A stretch of 64,000 nt of DNA, taken from positions 19,205 to 83,204 of the forward strand of contig JAFXTB010000171.1 in NCBI GenBank assembly GCA_017525225.1, given 5' to 3'. Positions 54,528 through 64,000 of this stretch are shown here, in pieces (within the stretch, counting starts at the first letter, position 1; each line of letters opens with the position of its first letter). The DNA comes from Kiritimatiellia bacterium. GTDB lineage: Bacteria; Verrucomicrobiota; Kiritimatiellia; RFP12; UBA1067. Position numbers and translations under genes: made by a program. The notes under the pieces were generated by a model. The model saw nothing but the letters and a program-made list of their open reading frames with translations, did no database searches and was not told where the DNA came from.

Positions 54528-57500
54528 TCATTTGACTTCCGTGGACTGAACATGTTCCTTGCCGTCTTTACCCTTCCATGTCAGGCGGTACCGGCCCTTG
54601 AATCCGCGGAAGGCCGCCTTCCCGCCATCGGCCTTCACCGTCAGTCGCGTCTTCCACTCGCGGTTGAGCAGATTGTCCATCATGTGCCACACCGCCTTCT
54701 TCTTCATGTCCTTCGTGTAGAAGCCGGAGGAAAGCGATTCCTTGTGATTCGTGTAGTCCACGAGATTCCAATATGTGATGCGGTAGACGCTCGGCCAGGA
54801 GAACCAGAGCCGATACAGGTCGCGGAGAGCCTGCGCCTGGACTTCATGTCCCCATGCGGTGTCCTCGGGTGCAGGTATGGTGATCTCCGAGATGTGGATC
54901 GGGCGTCCCAGCCGGTCCGCGTCGGCCAGCGTCTTCATGATGCGCTCCGGCGTGTAGCAGTATCCGCGCCGGCCCTTGTGCTCTCCGCGCGCGAGGCCGC
55001 GCATCTCATTGGCATTGAAGATGTGGAACTGGATCCCGACGATGTCTATCTTCGCGCCGCGATCGATGAGCGACTTCACGAACGCGAGATACACTTCGTC
55101 GATCGTGCAGGCCTCGTTGATCGCCGCCTTCACCGACGGATCGAGGTATTTCTCGGCAGTCTTGAAGCAAGGAAACGTGTAGTCGGCGGGTACTGGGAAC
55201 TTCTTCGGTTGCCCCCAGAACTCCGTATCGTCCGGCGCCGACGGCGAGGCGTCGCGGCGGCAGGATTCGTTCACTATGTCCCACTGGCCGATGCGCCGCC
55301 CGTAGTGTCGCGCGAGCTCGCGGATGTGCGCCTGGTATTTCGCGATCACCGCCGGGCTCTTCGGGTCGTCGCCCTCGACCCACTGCGGATGGAAGCTGCG
55401 GTACACCATCACGTGTCCATGCATTGCGATTCCATTGCGTTCGCAGAAGTCGACTACCGGGTCCGGCGCCGGACGGCGGTATTCCAGAAACCTGTCGTAC
55501 TTCTCCGCCGGCGTGAGCGAGGATACGGAATTCCAGAACGCCGCGCCGTCGTGGGGTCCCGGCGCGAAACGGAACTTCCCCTGCACCGGCTCGTAGGACT
55601 TCCAGTAGAACGCGATCGTCGCGGCGTTCCAGAGATTCGTGAACGTAGCCTTGTAGATGTCGTTCCAGTCGTCGCGCCCGAGCTGGTCGAAGTTGAAGAT
55701 GTGCGACCCGAACTGGAAGGCGTGCGAGACCTGCTCGACCTTCACCTCAGTACCGTCCGGCGCATCGACTTCCACCACCGCGTCCGCCTTGCGGCACTTC
55801 TCGATACGCGCGTCGATCTGCGCCTGGACCTGGTCGTTCCACAATTCCCTGTACTTCGCGGACATCGCATCCGCGCATTTCGCCGCCGGGACGAGCAGCC
55901 AGCTGCGGGGCGGGATCTCTCCCTTTGAGGAAACATCGGGCGTTGAGAGCGCGTACTTGCGCGGGGATCGCGTCCAGTTCACGAGCACTGCCGCCTTACG
56001 TCCGTCCGGCGCGCGCCAGACGGAGTGCAGGATGGCTGGTATCGTGTAGCGCGTGGTGGTGCGGTATTCCCCTTCTCGGGCGTACGTGCCGCGCACGAGG
56101 AAGTCGATCTTCGGCGTGTCGCATTCCATCTTGCCTGGCGCGCACATGTCGCCGTCGAAGAGGAAGTCGCGGTTGCTGTGGTAGAAGCGCGCCGTGTCAA
56201 TCATCAGCCGGTAGTCGTCCGCGAAGCGCGGGTCGGTGTCGTCGCCGGGGCGGAAGTTGTGGACCATCGGCTGCATACCCCACGTCACGCCACGCACTAG
56301 CTCGAGCGCGAACTGGTCGGGGAACATCGCCTTCCAGTCCTTCTCGATCTTCCATTTCTTGTCCGTAGGCCACTTCGAATCGAACGGCGGAATCCCGTGC
56401 ACCATGGCATACGAGCCGAACAGCACCTCGCAGCCGTGATAGACGGCCTGGTTCACCGGCACGGTGTAGCGGCGATCGTTGTTGTAGCCGTAGCGCTCGG
56501 AGTTGCACGCGAGGCAGATGCCGGCGTCGAACACGTCCAGATATGGCTCGGTGGCGTCCTCCGTGCAGAGCAGGATGCCGGGGTTGTCCGCCTTTATCTG
56601 CGCCGCGAACTTGCGGTATCCCTTGATGCCGTGCGTGCCGCCGCCGGGCGCGTGGACGTGGTTCGTGGCGTAGCACGGGTCGTATGAGGCGTTGCCGATC
56701 ATGTCCATGTAGATGCCCGGCATGCCTGTGGACGCGAGAGTGCGGTAGAGCTTCCTCATACGCGTCTGGTATTTCTCCGCCGTACCGCACATGTAGGCGA
56801 GCCGATGCGGGAGGAATCTGTTGAACGCCGTCGCGCGAAACGTGCCGTCCTTGCTGATGCGTACGCCCTCCTCCCCACCCTCGGACCAGGAAGGATCGTC
56901 AAGGTCCCAAGTCATGCCGTTGGTGTATACCTGGATGAAGATCCCTGCGTCGTTGCATCGCTTCACGGCGGCTCGGAAGACCTCTTCGCCCTCACGCGGC
57001 GGCCAGAAGTTCGGGAATCCGGTGTCATACGGGATGTCGTGCCACCAGTACCAGTCGAGCGCGGCTGGAACGCCGGACGCCTTCTGGAACCTCTCCACCG
57101 GCGTGATCACGTGGTCGGCTGCGCCACGGTTCCAGAACCACATGGCGATGTCGCGCATCTTCCCGAAGTTGCGCGCCCGTGCCGCGCTGTACCACGGCTG
57201 GCGCCGCGCCCAGTCGCGGTAGCGCGCCGCCGCCGCAAACCAGTCCGCCCCCGGCAGCGCGGCGATCGTGCCGCCGAACGGCATCTTCCAATTGCGCGGC
57301 GAGGCGGCGGGCGGTTCGCAGACAGCCTCGAGCGACACCGTACCGGCCTTCTGTCCGGCCTTCGCACTGAACCTGCCGGTGTAGAACCTCGCCTCGTCAC
57401 GCTGGTCCAGATACCAGCCCGTGCCACCCTCCGTCAAGGCCGCGATGAAGTGGAACGTCTGCGGCCTTGCGGATGCCACCGTCGCGCCCGGCTTGAGTTT

Positions 57501-57998
57501 CGCCCACTCCGGCCAGACGAGCGCACCGATGGACATGGGATACAGGATCGCAGTCTCCGGACCGCGCGGTACTGTGACGATCGGGAAGCGGACCTCCGCC
57601 ACGGGAAGCGGGCATTCGCAGTTCTCGTAGCCGAACTTCCAGCCGATGGATCCGTCCGGCAGAGTCTCGAACACGGCCGTCACCGTGAAGTCGGCACCGA
57701 ACGTCTCGCATCCGCGCCAGGTGACGATGGTCTTTCCGTCCTTGCCCGCCTTGACGTCCACCGTCTTCATGTTCGACGGCGCGGCCACCTTCAACGCCCT
57801 GTTGGACGAACCGAACTCCTCGGCCAGGATCCTGAACGACACCTCCGCACCGGACAGCCCCGGCAGCGGCACGCCGTCCGCCGCACTGGCCCCCCGCGCC
57901 ACCGAGAACGCGACGACCGCCGCCAATGCAAATCTACACCATTTGTGATTTGTGAACATTTGTGTCATTTGCGATTTGAGAACGTTCAAAGACATCAT
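54528..57998 (-). CDS. Fusion of a DUF6259-like glycoside hydrolase domain and a GH10 endo-xylanase-like domain
   Basis: Start reassigned to MMSLNVLK; N-part WFWNRG, WYWWH, YDTGFP, GIYMD, HAPGGG; C-part HAFQFG, MHGH, WDIVNE, GIQFH, IHISEITI, YWNL. Confidence 0.8.
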   Translation of the reverse strand: MMSLNVLKSQMTQMFTNHKWCRFALAAVVAFSVARGASAADGVPLPGLSGAEVSFRILAEEFGSSNRALKVAAPSNMKTVDVKAGKDGKTIVTWRGCETFGADFTVTAVFETLPDGSIGWKFGYENCECPLPVAEVRFPIVTVPRGPETAILYPMSIGALVWPEWAKLKPGATVASARPQTFHFIAALTEGGTGWYLDQRDEARFYTGRFSAKAGQKAGTVSLEAVCEPPAASPRNWKMPFGGTIAALPGADWFAAAARYRDWARRQPWYSAARARNFGKMRDIAMWFWNRGAADHVITPVERFQKASGVPAALDWYWWHDIPYDTGFPNFWPPREGEEVFRAAVKRCNDAGIFIQVYTNGMTWDLDDPSWSEGGEEGVRISKDGTFRATAFNRFLPHRLAYMCGTAEKYQTRMRKLYRTLASTGMPGIYMDMIGNASYDPCYATNHVHAPGGGTHGIKGYRKFAAQIKADNPGILLCTEDATEPYLDVFDAGICLACNSERYGYNNDRRYTVPVNQAVYHGCEVLFGSYAMVHGIPPFDSKWPTDKKWKIEKDWKAMFPDQFALELVRGVTWGMQPMVHNFRPGDDTDPRFADDYRLMIDTARFYHSNRDFLFDGDMCAPGKMECDTPKIDFLVRGTYAREGEYRTTTRYTIPAILHSVWRAPDGRKAAVLVNWTRSPRKYALSTPDVSSKGEIPPRSWLLVPAAKCADAMSAKYRELWNDQVQAQIDARIEKCRKADAVVEVDAPDGTEVKVEQVSHAFQFGSHIFNFDQLGRDDWNDIYKATFTNLWNAATIAFYWKSYEPVQGKFRFAPGPHDGAAFWNSVSSLTPAEKYDRFLEYRRPAPDPVVDFCERNGIAMHGHVMVYRSFHPQWVEGDDPKSPAVIAKYQAHIRELARHYGRRIGQWDIVNESCRRDASPSAPDDTEFWGQPKKFPVPADYTFPCFKTAEKYLDPSVKAAINEACTIDEVYLAFVKSLIDRGAKIDIVGIQFHIFNANEMRGLARGEHKGRRGYCYTPERIMKTLADADRLGRPIHISEITIPAPEDTAWGHEVQAQALRDLYRLWFSWPSVYRITYWNLVDYTNHKESLSSGFYTKDMKKKAVWHMMDNLLNREWKTRLTVKADGGKAAFRGFKGRYRLTWKGKDGKEHVQSTEVK

Positions 57999-57999
57999 C

Positions 58000-60900
58000 T
58001 TATTCTCCTTTACTTTCTCCCACAAGCACCAGCTCCTGGAAACCGTATGGCCACTTGCCCTTGACAAGTATCCCGGGCGCCGTCTCCAGCGCGCCGTAGC
58101 GCCTCTTGCCATCGTTGAGGTTGGCGAGAACGGCAAAGCGCATCGACTCGCCGGCATTGAGACGGAACGGCGAGACTGCCTGCGGGGCGAAGCGGATCGT
58201 GTAGATGGTCTTGCGGCCTTCGCTCTTGATGTCCAGCGCGACATCCTCCACCACGCCGAGCGGCTTGTGGAGCGAATCGTGGTAGGCGAGCGACGCGTTG
58301 CGGCGAAACACGGTGGGCTTGCCGCCGAACATCGCGAGGTCGTATTCAAAGTCGTCGTCGTCATACCCTGAGGCCACCTTCTGCGCGTTCTTCGTCGTGT
58401 CGAACGCAATCTGGAGCCCATCGCCCTTCCATGTGTTCATGACGTCTCCTTCGGGATGGAAACCGTCCTTCTCCACGACGACGCGCATCATGAGCCCCGT
58501 CCTGTTCCACGCGAGGCGTACCTCGAGCGCGTCGCCCGGCTTCGGTTCGTAGGAAGATCTCGCCCTGCTGCCAGGCTTCGCGCACGGATCAGCCTTCCTG
58601 CCGGCCACGACCACTGCCTTGGTCCAATCGACATCATTCTCGAAGTACGGTACCTTCAGCTGTTCGCGCCTTTCCGCCACTGCGTCCTTCTCAGCCCCGA
58701 AATCAAGCGTCGCGAAAAGTTTCTCGATCTGATCGACAGTGTCTTTCGTTACAAGATACTGCGGGAACACGTCGAGCGTCAGTTCCGCCTTCTCTGAGTA
58801 CGTGCCCATGAAGTCGTACACGTCCGTTTTCCTGGGCAGCGTCACCTTCATGGGATCGCCGAGAAACTTCCACAACGCTACCACGCGCCTATCGCCGCGA
58901 TCGAAGACGTATGCGCGGGAAGCGACGCCGACAGGAATCTCCTTCACGCAGGGTGCCTCATCGATCAGGTCCATCAGCGCGCGCTGCGCATACGGGAGGC
59001 AGCTAGGACGCGCCATGTAGTCGTTGTCCGGGTTTCCATTGTGGATGTTGATGTAGCTGATCATGCTGTTGTGCGTACCGAACTGGAAGTCGAAATAGCG
59101 TTCGCTCCCGCCGGCGAAGCCCACGATCATCGTACGGACGATCAACGCCGCGCCCTGGGCGTCTCTGGGATAGATGCAGCCGTGCTCGGGGTTCGACGGC
59201 GTCGTCTTGCCGCGTTCCGTCGCCCAGCTGGGCATGTGCCGGCCCTTGATGCGCGTGCCTTCCTTCACGAGCGTCTCCACCTGTCTGCGGTAATCCGGCA
59301 TCTCCGGCATCGCGCAGTAGGGATGTTCGGAGATCACGTCAAGATACTTCGCCGCACCGCGCTCAAGAACGTCAAGCGTCCAGCCGAGATCGGTGTGGCA
59401 CGTTGTCGGGCCGACGATCAGGGCCTTGCTGTCGTGCCAGCGTATCGCCTCGGCGGCGGTCTTGATGCACCACACGTCCGTCTCTGGGGTGATGAGGTCG
59501 TATTTCTCGGGATCGGGGTTGCGCCCCATCCCAGAGCGGGCATTCGGCTCGTTGAGGATCTCGTACGCGCAGATCTTCCCCTGCATGTTCGTGACGACGT
59601 CCGAGATGTGGTTCTGCCACTCGGTCGGATCCTTCACTACGAGATACCGCAGATTGTAGGGAAGCACGCCCGCGTTCGAGAAGCAGTAAAGAATGTCCAC
59701 CCCGGCTTCGTGGAGACTGGACATGGCCTTCATCCTGCTTTCGCCCCAGGTCTTTGAGTCCCAGATCCTCGTCGACCCGACACGGAAGTCCTTCATTAGC
59801 TCGATCATCCGGGGGACATTGAAGCTGGCCGGCAGATTGTAGCCCATGCGCTTCAGCAGGGGCTTACGGGCGTCGATGACACCGAGATTGAACCCTGCGT
59901 CCTGCAGCACCTCGCCGGAACCGTCGGCGGCACGGCCTTTGACCGTGAAGAGCCACTGGACAGGCCCCCTGAAGCGATCAGGCAGCTTGAGCTCCTCGGA
60001 GAGTTCCGCCCCGCCGTCCTTCAAAGCGACCTCGCGCTCCGACGTCTCCGCCACTACCTTCCCCCGGAAGTCCAACGCCTTCGAAGACACGCGGCAGCTG
60101 CGCAGGGAGGGCCGCGCCCCGTCGCGGCCGATGTCTGGGGAGGGCCGCGCCCCGTCGCGGCCGAGCCCCTGTAGAACCTTGATGTTCGCGCCGATTCTTT
60201 CGCCCGGGTAGTAGACCGCCGACTTCTTGTTTATCGCCCCGCTCACGCAGATCGGTTCAAGTTCATAGTCGCCGTCCTCCGCATAGAAGACGCCGCAGTC
60301 ATCGACCCAGAATGTTCCGGGGGAGACGATGTCGATCCGCGGCGTGATGAGGCCGAAGCTCGCCTGGAGATCGCCGTAGCAGCCGTTCTGTTTCTGCCCG
60401 ACGTTCTTCACCAGCAGTCTGTAGCGTTTCCACTCGGTGGTGAGCCTAAGCGATATACAGTAGGCGCCCACGTTCCCGTTCCCAGTATTGAGGCGCAGGT
60501 TGAGGCAGCGCCCTTTCCTGTCCGCCTTCGCCCAGCATGTGAAGACGAGCGGCTTGCCGGAGATCACCGGTATCTGGTTGAACTCCATGTTGTACGGGCC
60601 CCACGCCGGGATCGACTCGCGGTCGTGGTCGACATGGAAGCGGAACGACGCGCGGCCCGAATGCTTCTCCTCAATATCGATCGCTGGCTCGGTGGAGGTG
60701 GTGAACCAGTGTCCGTCCTGGCCAAGGTACTTGCCGTCTTCCGAGAATGTTATCGTGTTCGCCATCGCTGTGCCGTACCATCCGCGCTCCGCGCCGCCGT
60801 TGATGAGCAGGTTCTTCCTGGGGTCGACCTTCTGTTCGGACACATTTGCAAGCTCCCAGGATATCCTGCCGAACTCGAACACGCCGGAAGTCTCAAGGCG

Positions 60901-61509
60901 CACGTCGAACTGCAGGCTTTTCAGTCCGGCCGGTACGGTACGGGAATAGGCGTATGGCTTTACGGCGGCATCTTCCGACATCACCTGTCGGACGTTCCAG
61001 TAGTGGTGCATCTTCTTCTGGTGCAGTTTGTTCACAGGCGCGGCCTCATCGGTGTATCTGCCGTTGTGGCCCATCTCCCAGCGCGCGCCGGGGGGCGCCT
61101 TCATCTCCGCGATGAAGTCGATCGTCGGCCCGTTTGGGATGTCCGCCAAAGGTACCGCGAAACAGACACGGATGAATGAATGTGGCTGCGTCAGGTCGCA
61201 GTCCGTCGTGTCCACGACGAGGCGGCCCTCGTTGAAGCCCAGTTTCACCTTCGAGAGATCCGACAGCTTGCAGCCGAACATCCCGAGGAATCGGCCTTTC
61301 TTCCGTCCCTTCTCGGGCGCAGCATGGATCCATCCCTGCTTTCCGTCTGCGTCGATACGCGTGGTCGCGGTCTCCGCCGACCAGTTCTCGAACAGGACAC
61401 CCCCTGCTTTGTTCTGCGCCGCAATCCCATCGCTCAGCGGCATGTTGGCCAGAAGCGACGAGGGCGCCGCTCCCCCGAAGATCACCATCACCAGAAACAC
61501 CATCTTCAT
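58000..61509 (-). CDS. Exported multidomain glycoside hydrolase-like protein (CBM4-like, clan GH-A barrel, CBM9-like)
   Basis: Start reassigned to MKMVFLVMV; NLLINGGAE...FWVDD; YEILNEP, SEHPY, WATE; LAWNRTGL...WKGDGLQIAFD. Confidence 0.72.
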   Translation of the reverse strand: MKMVFLVMVIFGGAAPSSLLANMPLSDGIAAQNKAGGVLFENWSAETATTRIDADGKQGWIHAAPEKGRKKGRFLGMFGCKLSDLSKVKLGFNEGRLVVDTTDCDLTQPHSFIRVCFAVPLADIPNGPTIDFIAEMKAPPGARWEMGHNGRYTDEAAPVNKLHQKKMHHYWNVRQVMSEDAAVKPYAYSRTVPAGLKSLQFDVRLETSGVFEFGRISWELANVSEQKVDPRKNLLINGGAERGWYGTAMANTITFSEDGKYLGQDGHWFTTSTEPAIDIEEKHSGRASFRFHVDHDRESIPAWGPYNMEFNQIPVISGKPLVFTCWAKADRKGRCLNLRLNTGNGNVGAYCISLRLTTEWKRYRLLVKNVGQKQNGCYGDLQASFGLITPRIDIVSPGTFWVDDCGVFYAEDGDYELEPICVSGAINKKSAVYYPGERIGANIKVLQGLGRDGARPSPDIGRDGARPSLRSCRVSSKALDFRGKVVAETSEREVALKDGGAELSEELKLPDRFRGPVQWLFTVKGRAADGSGEVLQDAGFNLGVIDARKPLLKRMGYNLPASFNVPRMIELMKDFRVGSTRIWDSKTWGESRMKAMSSLHEAGVDILYCFSNAGVLPYNLRYLVVKDPTEWQNHISDVVTNMQGKICAYEILNEPNARSGMGRNPDPEKYDLITPETDVWCIKTAAEAIRWHDSKALIVGPTTCHTDLGWTLDVLERGAAKYLDVISEHPYCAMPEMPDYRRQVETLVKEGTRIKGRHMPSWATERGKTTPSNPEHGCIYPRDAQGAALIVRTMIVGFAGGSERYFDFQFGTHNSMISYINIHNGNPDNDYMARPSCLPYAQRALMDLIDEAPCVKEIPVGVASRAYVFDRGDRRVVALWKFLGDPMKVTLPRKTDVYDFMGTYSEKAELTLDVFPQYLVTKDTVDQIEKLFATLDFGAEKDAVAERREQLKVPYFENDVDWTKAVVVAGRKADPCAKPGSRARSSYEPKPGDALEVRLAWNRTGLMMRVVVEKDGFHPEGDVMNTWKGDGLQIAFDTTKNAQKVASGYDDDDFEYDLAMFGGKPTVFRRNASLAYHDSLHKPLGVVEDVALDIKSEGRKTIYTIRFAPQAVSPFRLNAGESMRFAVLANLNDGKRRYGALETAPGILVKGKWPYGFQELVLVGESKGE
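60105..60163. repeat. Two identical REP-like palindromes inserted in frame in a CDS
   Basis: GGGAGGGCCGCGCCCCGTCGCGGCCG at 60105-60130 and 60138-60163 (33-nt period), translated as GRDGARPS twice. Confidence 0.88.
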
Positions 61510-61522
61510 CGCCTGTCTCCTA

Positions 61523-62932
61523 TCAAGCACGGAACAAATCGTCGGCGGTAACTTCCGATTGGACAATCGATGCATTTTCGTTGCGTTTAACGCCATTCAT
61601 CGTCACAAGCGTCAGATGCACGGCACACTCCGTGCCAGTTTCTTCCTTGAAAATCGCGACCTTGTTCGCAAGTTTTCCGGCATAGTCCGGCGTGATCGCA
61701 AACTGACCCGTTGAAAACTTCATCTCACAGACATTGATCACGCCATCGCGTCTTGCCAGCAGCATGTCGATCTGGGCACCGCCTTTTTTCCTGTCACTCC
61801 GCCATGAACACAATTCCGTTATCACACCGCCGATGCGCAACGCCTCCTTTATCTCGCGGCTATGCATGAAACAGACCCTCTCAAACGCCAGGCCTTCCCA
61901 GGCCCGACGTTCGGGCAGGTCGGCCGCCATTGACCAGAAACCGTTCCCGACGGTCTGTGCGATACGCATGAATCTGAAATGGAAAAGGGCAAAAGCGTCT
62001 ACAAGCTGATAAAGGGCCCCTTTCTTTCGTCTACCAAATGGAAGGAACACCTTTATGAATCCACTTTGCTCCAGTTCATTCAGCCACCTCGTCAGCTTGC
62101 CGGCGTTACTGACATTTGCGGCATGCGCGAGTTCTTCGCGCGTCATTCCTCCTGACGACTTCCCAAGAACGGTAACAAGCCTCAGATAAAGATCAGGACG
62201 CCGAAACACGGATTCAAACAGACGCCTGAACTCCGGAACAAGCTCCCCGGACGGCGAGAAATACAGCCTATCGAGGTTTTGCGCGAAAGAGAATCGCCTG
62301 TCGAGAAGACTCCAGTAATATGGAACACCGCCAAACACCATGTAGGCCTCAACCACTTCCCGCCGACTCATGACAATCCCTTTTTCCCGAACATACGCCT
62401 CGCAGTCATGCAATGTAAAGGGTTGGAGATTGATGGTTCTAGAAGCGCGGTTGAAAAGGCCTCCTTTGTTACGCAGAACCTTCTGCGTCATCCAGGACGT
62501 CGCACTTCCGCAGACGATGAGGACGATATCCTTTCGCGCCGAACACCAACCATTCCAGAAGTGTTCGAACGCACACAGAAAAGACGACCTCGGCGTATCC
62601 ATCCAGGGCAGTTCATCGATGAACACGATCTTGCGTCCGTCGCCACGGCCAGCGAGAAACTTCTTCAGTAGCGAAAACGCCTCAATCCAAGTCTTGGGGA
62701 CTGGGCAATCCGCCCACCCATGATCAACCAGAGACTCACGGAACTGATGCAGCTGCTCTGACAACATTCCCTTTTCCATCCCCGTATGCGAGAACGCAAA
62801 AGAATAGTTAAACGCCTCTCGAATCAGAAACGTCTTTCCAATACGGCGACGGCCATAGACAACGACAAGACTGGAACGATCACCCGCCGCAATCGCCCGC
62901 AGTTCCTCGATTTCTTCATCTCGACCGACCAT
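61523..62932 (-). CDS. AAA/archaeal-type ATPase with winged helix and C-terminal PD-(D/E)XK-like domain (second copy)
   Basis: MVGRDEE, GRRRIGKTFL, VFIDELPW, VCGSATSW, FGGVPYY, MTREELA, GLAFE, AQIDML...VCEMKF. Confidence 0.92.
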   Translation of the reverse strand: MVGRDEEIEELRAIAAGDRSSLVVVYGRRRIGKTFLIREAFNYSFAFSHTGMEKGMLSEQLHQFRESLVDHGWADCPVPKTWIEAFSLLKKFLAGRGDGRKIVFIDELPWMDTPRSSFLCAFEHFWNGWCSARKDIVLIVCGSATSWMTQKVLRNKGGLFNRASRTINLQPFTLHDCEAYVREKGIVMSRREVVEAYMVFGGVPYYWSLLDRRFSFAQNLDRLYFSPSGELVPEFRRLFESVFRRPDLYLRLVTVLGKSSGGMTREELAHAANVSNAGKLTRWLNELEQSGFIKVFLPFGRRKKGALYQLVDAFALFHFRFMRIAQTVGNGFWSMAADLPERRAWEGLAFERVCFMHSREIKEALRIGGVITELCSWRSDRKKGGAQIDMLLARRDGVINVCEMKFSTGQFAITPDYAGKLANKVAIFKEETGTECAVHLTLVTMNGVKRNENASIVQSEVTADDLFRA

Positions 62933-62960
62933 TCATGACTCCTCTTACAAGTTTTAGCGG

Positions 62961-63073
62961 ACGAAATGATATCATTTTTAGACGATTTGGTCAACTCTAA
63001 ACGAATACGGGTACGAAATCTATTGTTTTCACATAGATTTAGTGCGGTGATGTGTCATCTGGGTACGAAATCT
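62961..63073. promoter_or_regulatory. Phased operator-like array upstream of the second ATPase gene
   Basis: ACGAAAT at 62961, 63013 and 63065 (52-bp period); GGGTACGAAATCT repeated at 63009 and 63061; IR AAATCTAT...ATAGATTT at 63016-63040. Confidence 0.6.
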
Positions 63074-63123
63074 TTTCATCAAGGCATTGCCACTTCATTA
63101 CTTCGTGGTGTTCATCTTTGATT

Positions 63124-64000
63124 TCACGCGAGTTCGCACGTGGCGATCAACGGACGGCCAAGCGCGCCGAAGCTTGCACCGGGGCGGATTGAAACCGATA
63201 CAATCCCCTTCGGCAGACCCTCGCGCGCCAGAACGCAGCACGAAGCGCCGTTCGCCGCCTTAGAGTCCACGCCCAGCTCAACGCCCTGCGCAAGCACCGC
63301 GCGCGTGAGACTCTCGCCGCTGCCGCCTTTGATCTCGATGAGATAGTCGAATGGCCTCGCCCCCTTCACCGCGTTCGCCGCCGGGAACGACAGCCTCACC
63401 GCTGGAACCCTTTTTCCGGCGCGGTTCTTCGCATCCGTCCGCTCGATCGTCAACCGGGCGTCCGACGGGAACTCCGGAGCGACAGACTCCTTCTCGCGCC
63501 TGTCGTAGGCAAACGGGCGTGACGTTGCCGTCGGCAGCGGTATCACCCAGTCGTCACCCACGGGACGATCATTTGTGAATTCACGACGCTCGATCACTAT
63601 CCGATCGTCATAGACGCGCACGAGCGAACCATGGTGGCATTCAAAGGACGGTGGGTAGTGCGGCATCGTCTTGGCTTCGTCGATCAGCAAGGCCGCAGGC
63701 TTCTTCTTCCGTACGCCTGGCGTCCGCCAGTTCTCATAGCCCATGGCTCCGTTCCTGGTACGGCAGAAGCCCGTACGCCGCAGACATCCGAGGTTGATGG
63801 AGGTGAAGGCGCCCTGCCAGATCGAGCGTTCGTCGGTGATAGACCAATGGGAATGTCCTGAAAACACGACGGCATTCGGGAACTCCGCCAGCGCCGCCGT
63901 AACGGTGCCGTCGTCCGCAACCCCGCTATGGGCCAGCCAGCTCCATCGACTCTCGTCGAACACCGTTCCCCTGGGATGCGGATGTTGCACGTAGAAGAAC
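63124..64000 (-). CDS. Metallophosphoesterase, C-terminal part (5' end outside the window)
   Basis: FYVQHPHP, FSGHSHWS...DERSIWQGAFTSI, LVRVYDDRIVIERREF. Confidence 0.75.
   Translation of the reverse strand, partial: FFYVQHPHPRGTVFDESRWSWLAHSGVADDGTVTAALAEFPNAVVFSGHSHWSITDERSIWQGAFTSINLGCLRRTGFCRTRNGAMGYENWRTPGVRKKKPAALLIDEAKTMPHYPPSFECHHGSLVRVYDDRIVIERREFTNDRPVGDDWVIPLPTATSRPFAYDRREKESVAPEFPSDARLTIERTDAKNRAGKRVPAVRLSFPAANAVKGARPFDYLIEIKGGSGESLTRAVLAQGVELGVDSKAANGASCCVLAREGLPKGIVSVSIRPGASFGALGRPLIATCELA

Overview
GC-rich bacterial window. Gene content (barrel-less autotransporter-repeat proteins, many Tat-exported enzymes, HzsA-like cytochrome, PPWWT-type sensor kinase) suggests a PVC-superphylum organism such as Kiritimatiellia; this is inference. 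Almost every gene is on the minus strand. A short housekeeping block (gatC-gatA, NifU-like scaffold) is followed by about 60 kb of accessory genes: exported glycoside hydrolases (GH127, GH36, two GH78, GH10, GH-A-like), several as serial multi-enzyme fusions; paralogous metallophosphoesterase/PQQ-propeller proteins; a two-component system; an orphan AbiEi antitoxin; and two ATPase-wHTH-nuclease genes. Main leads: (1) a shared 7-9 aa C-terminal motif on four large secreted beta-helix proteins that lack a translocator, plus a fifth copy on an unannotated gene remnant, suggesting an undescribed C-terminal sorting signal; (2) a three-copy 100-140 bp intergenic element that brackets an ATPase-nuclease gene and sits at apparent truncation breakpoints; (3) a 26-bp operator-like box duplicated exactly at two promoters; (4) REP-like and heptamer repeats inserted in frame into coding sequences; (5) an HzsA-like cytochrome/V4R-like/YhcH gene cluster. 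No rRNA, tRNA, CRISPR array, transposase or integrase was recognised. All family assignments are from motif recognition by eye, not database searches.
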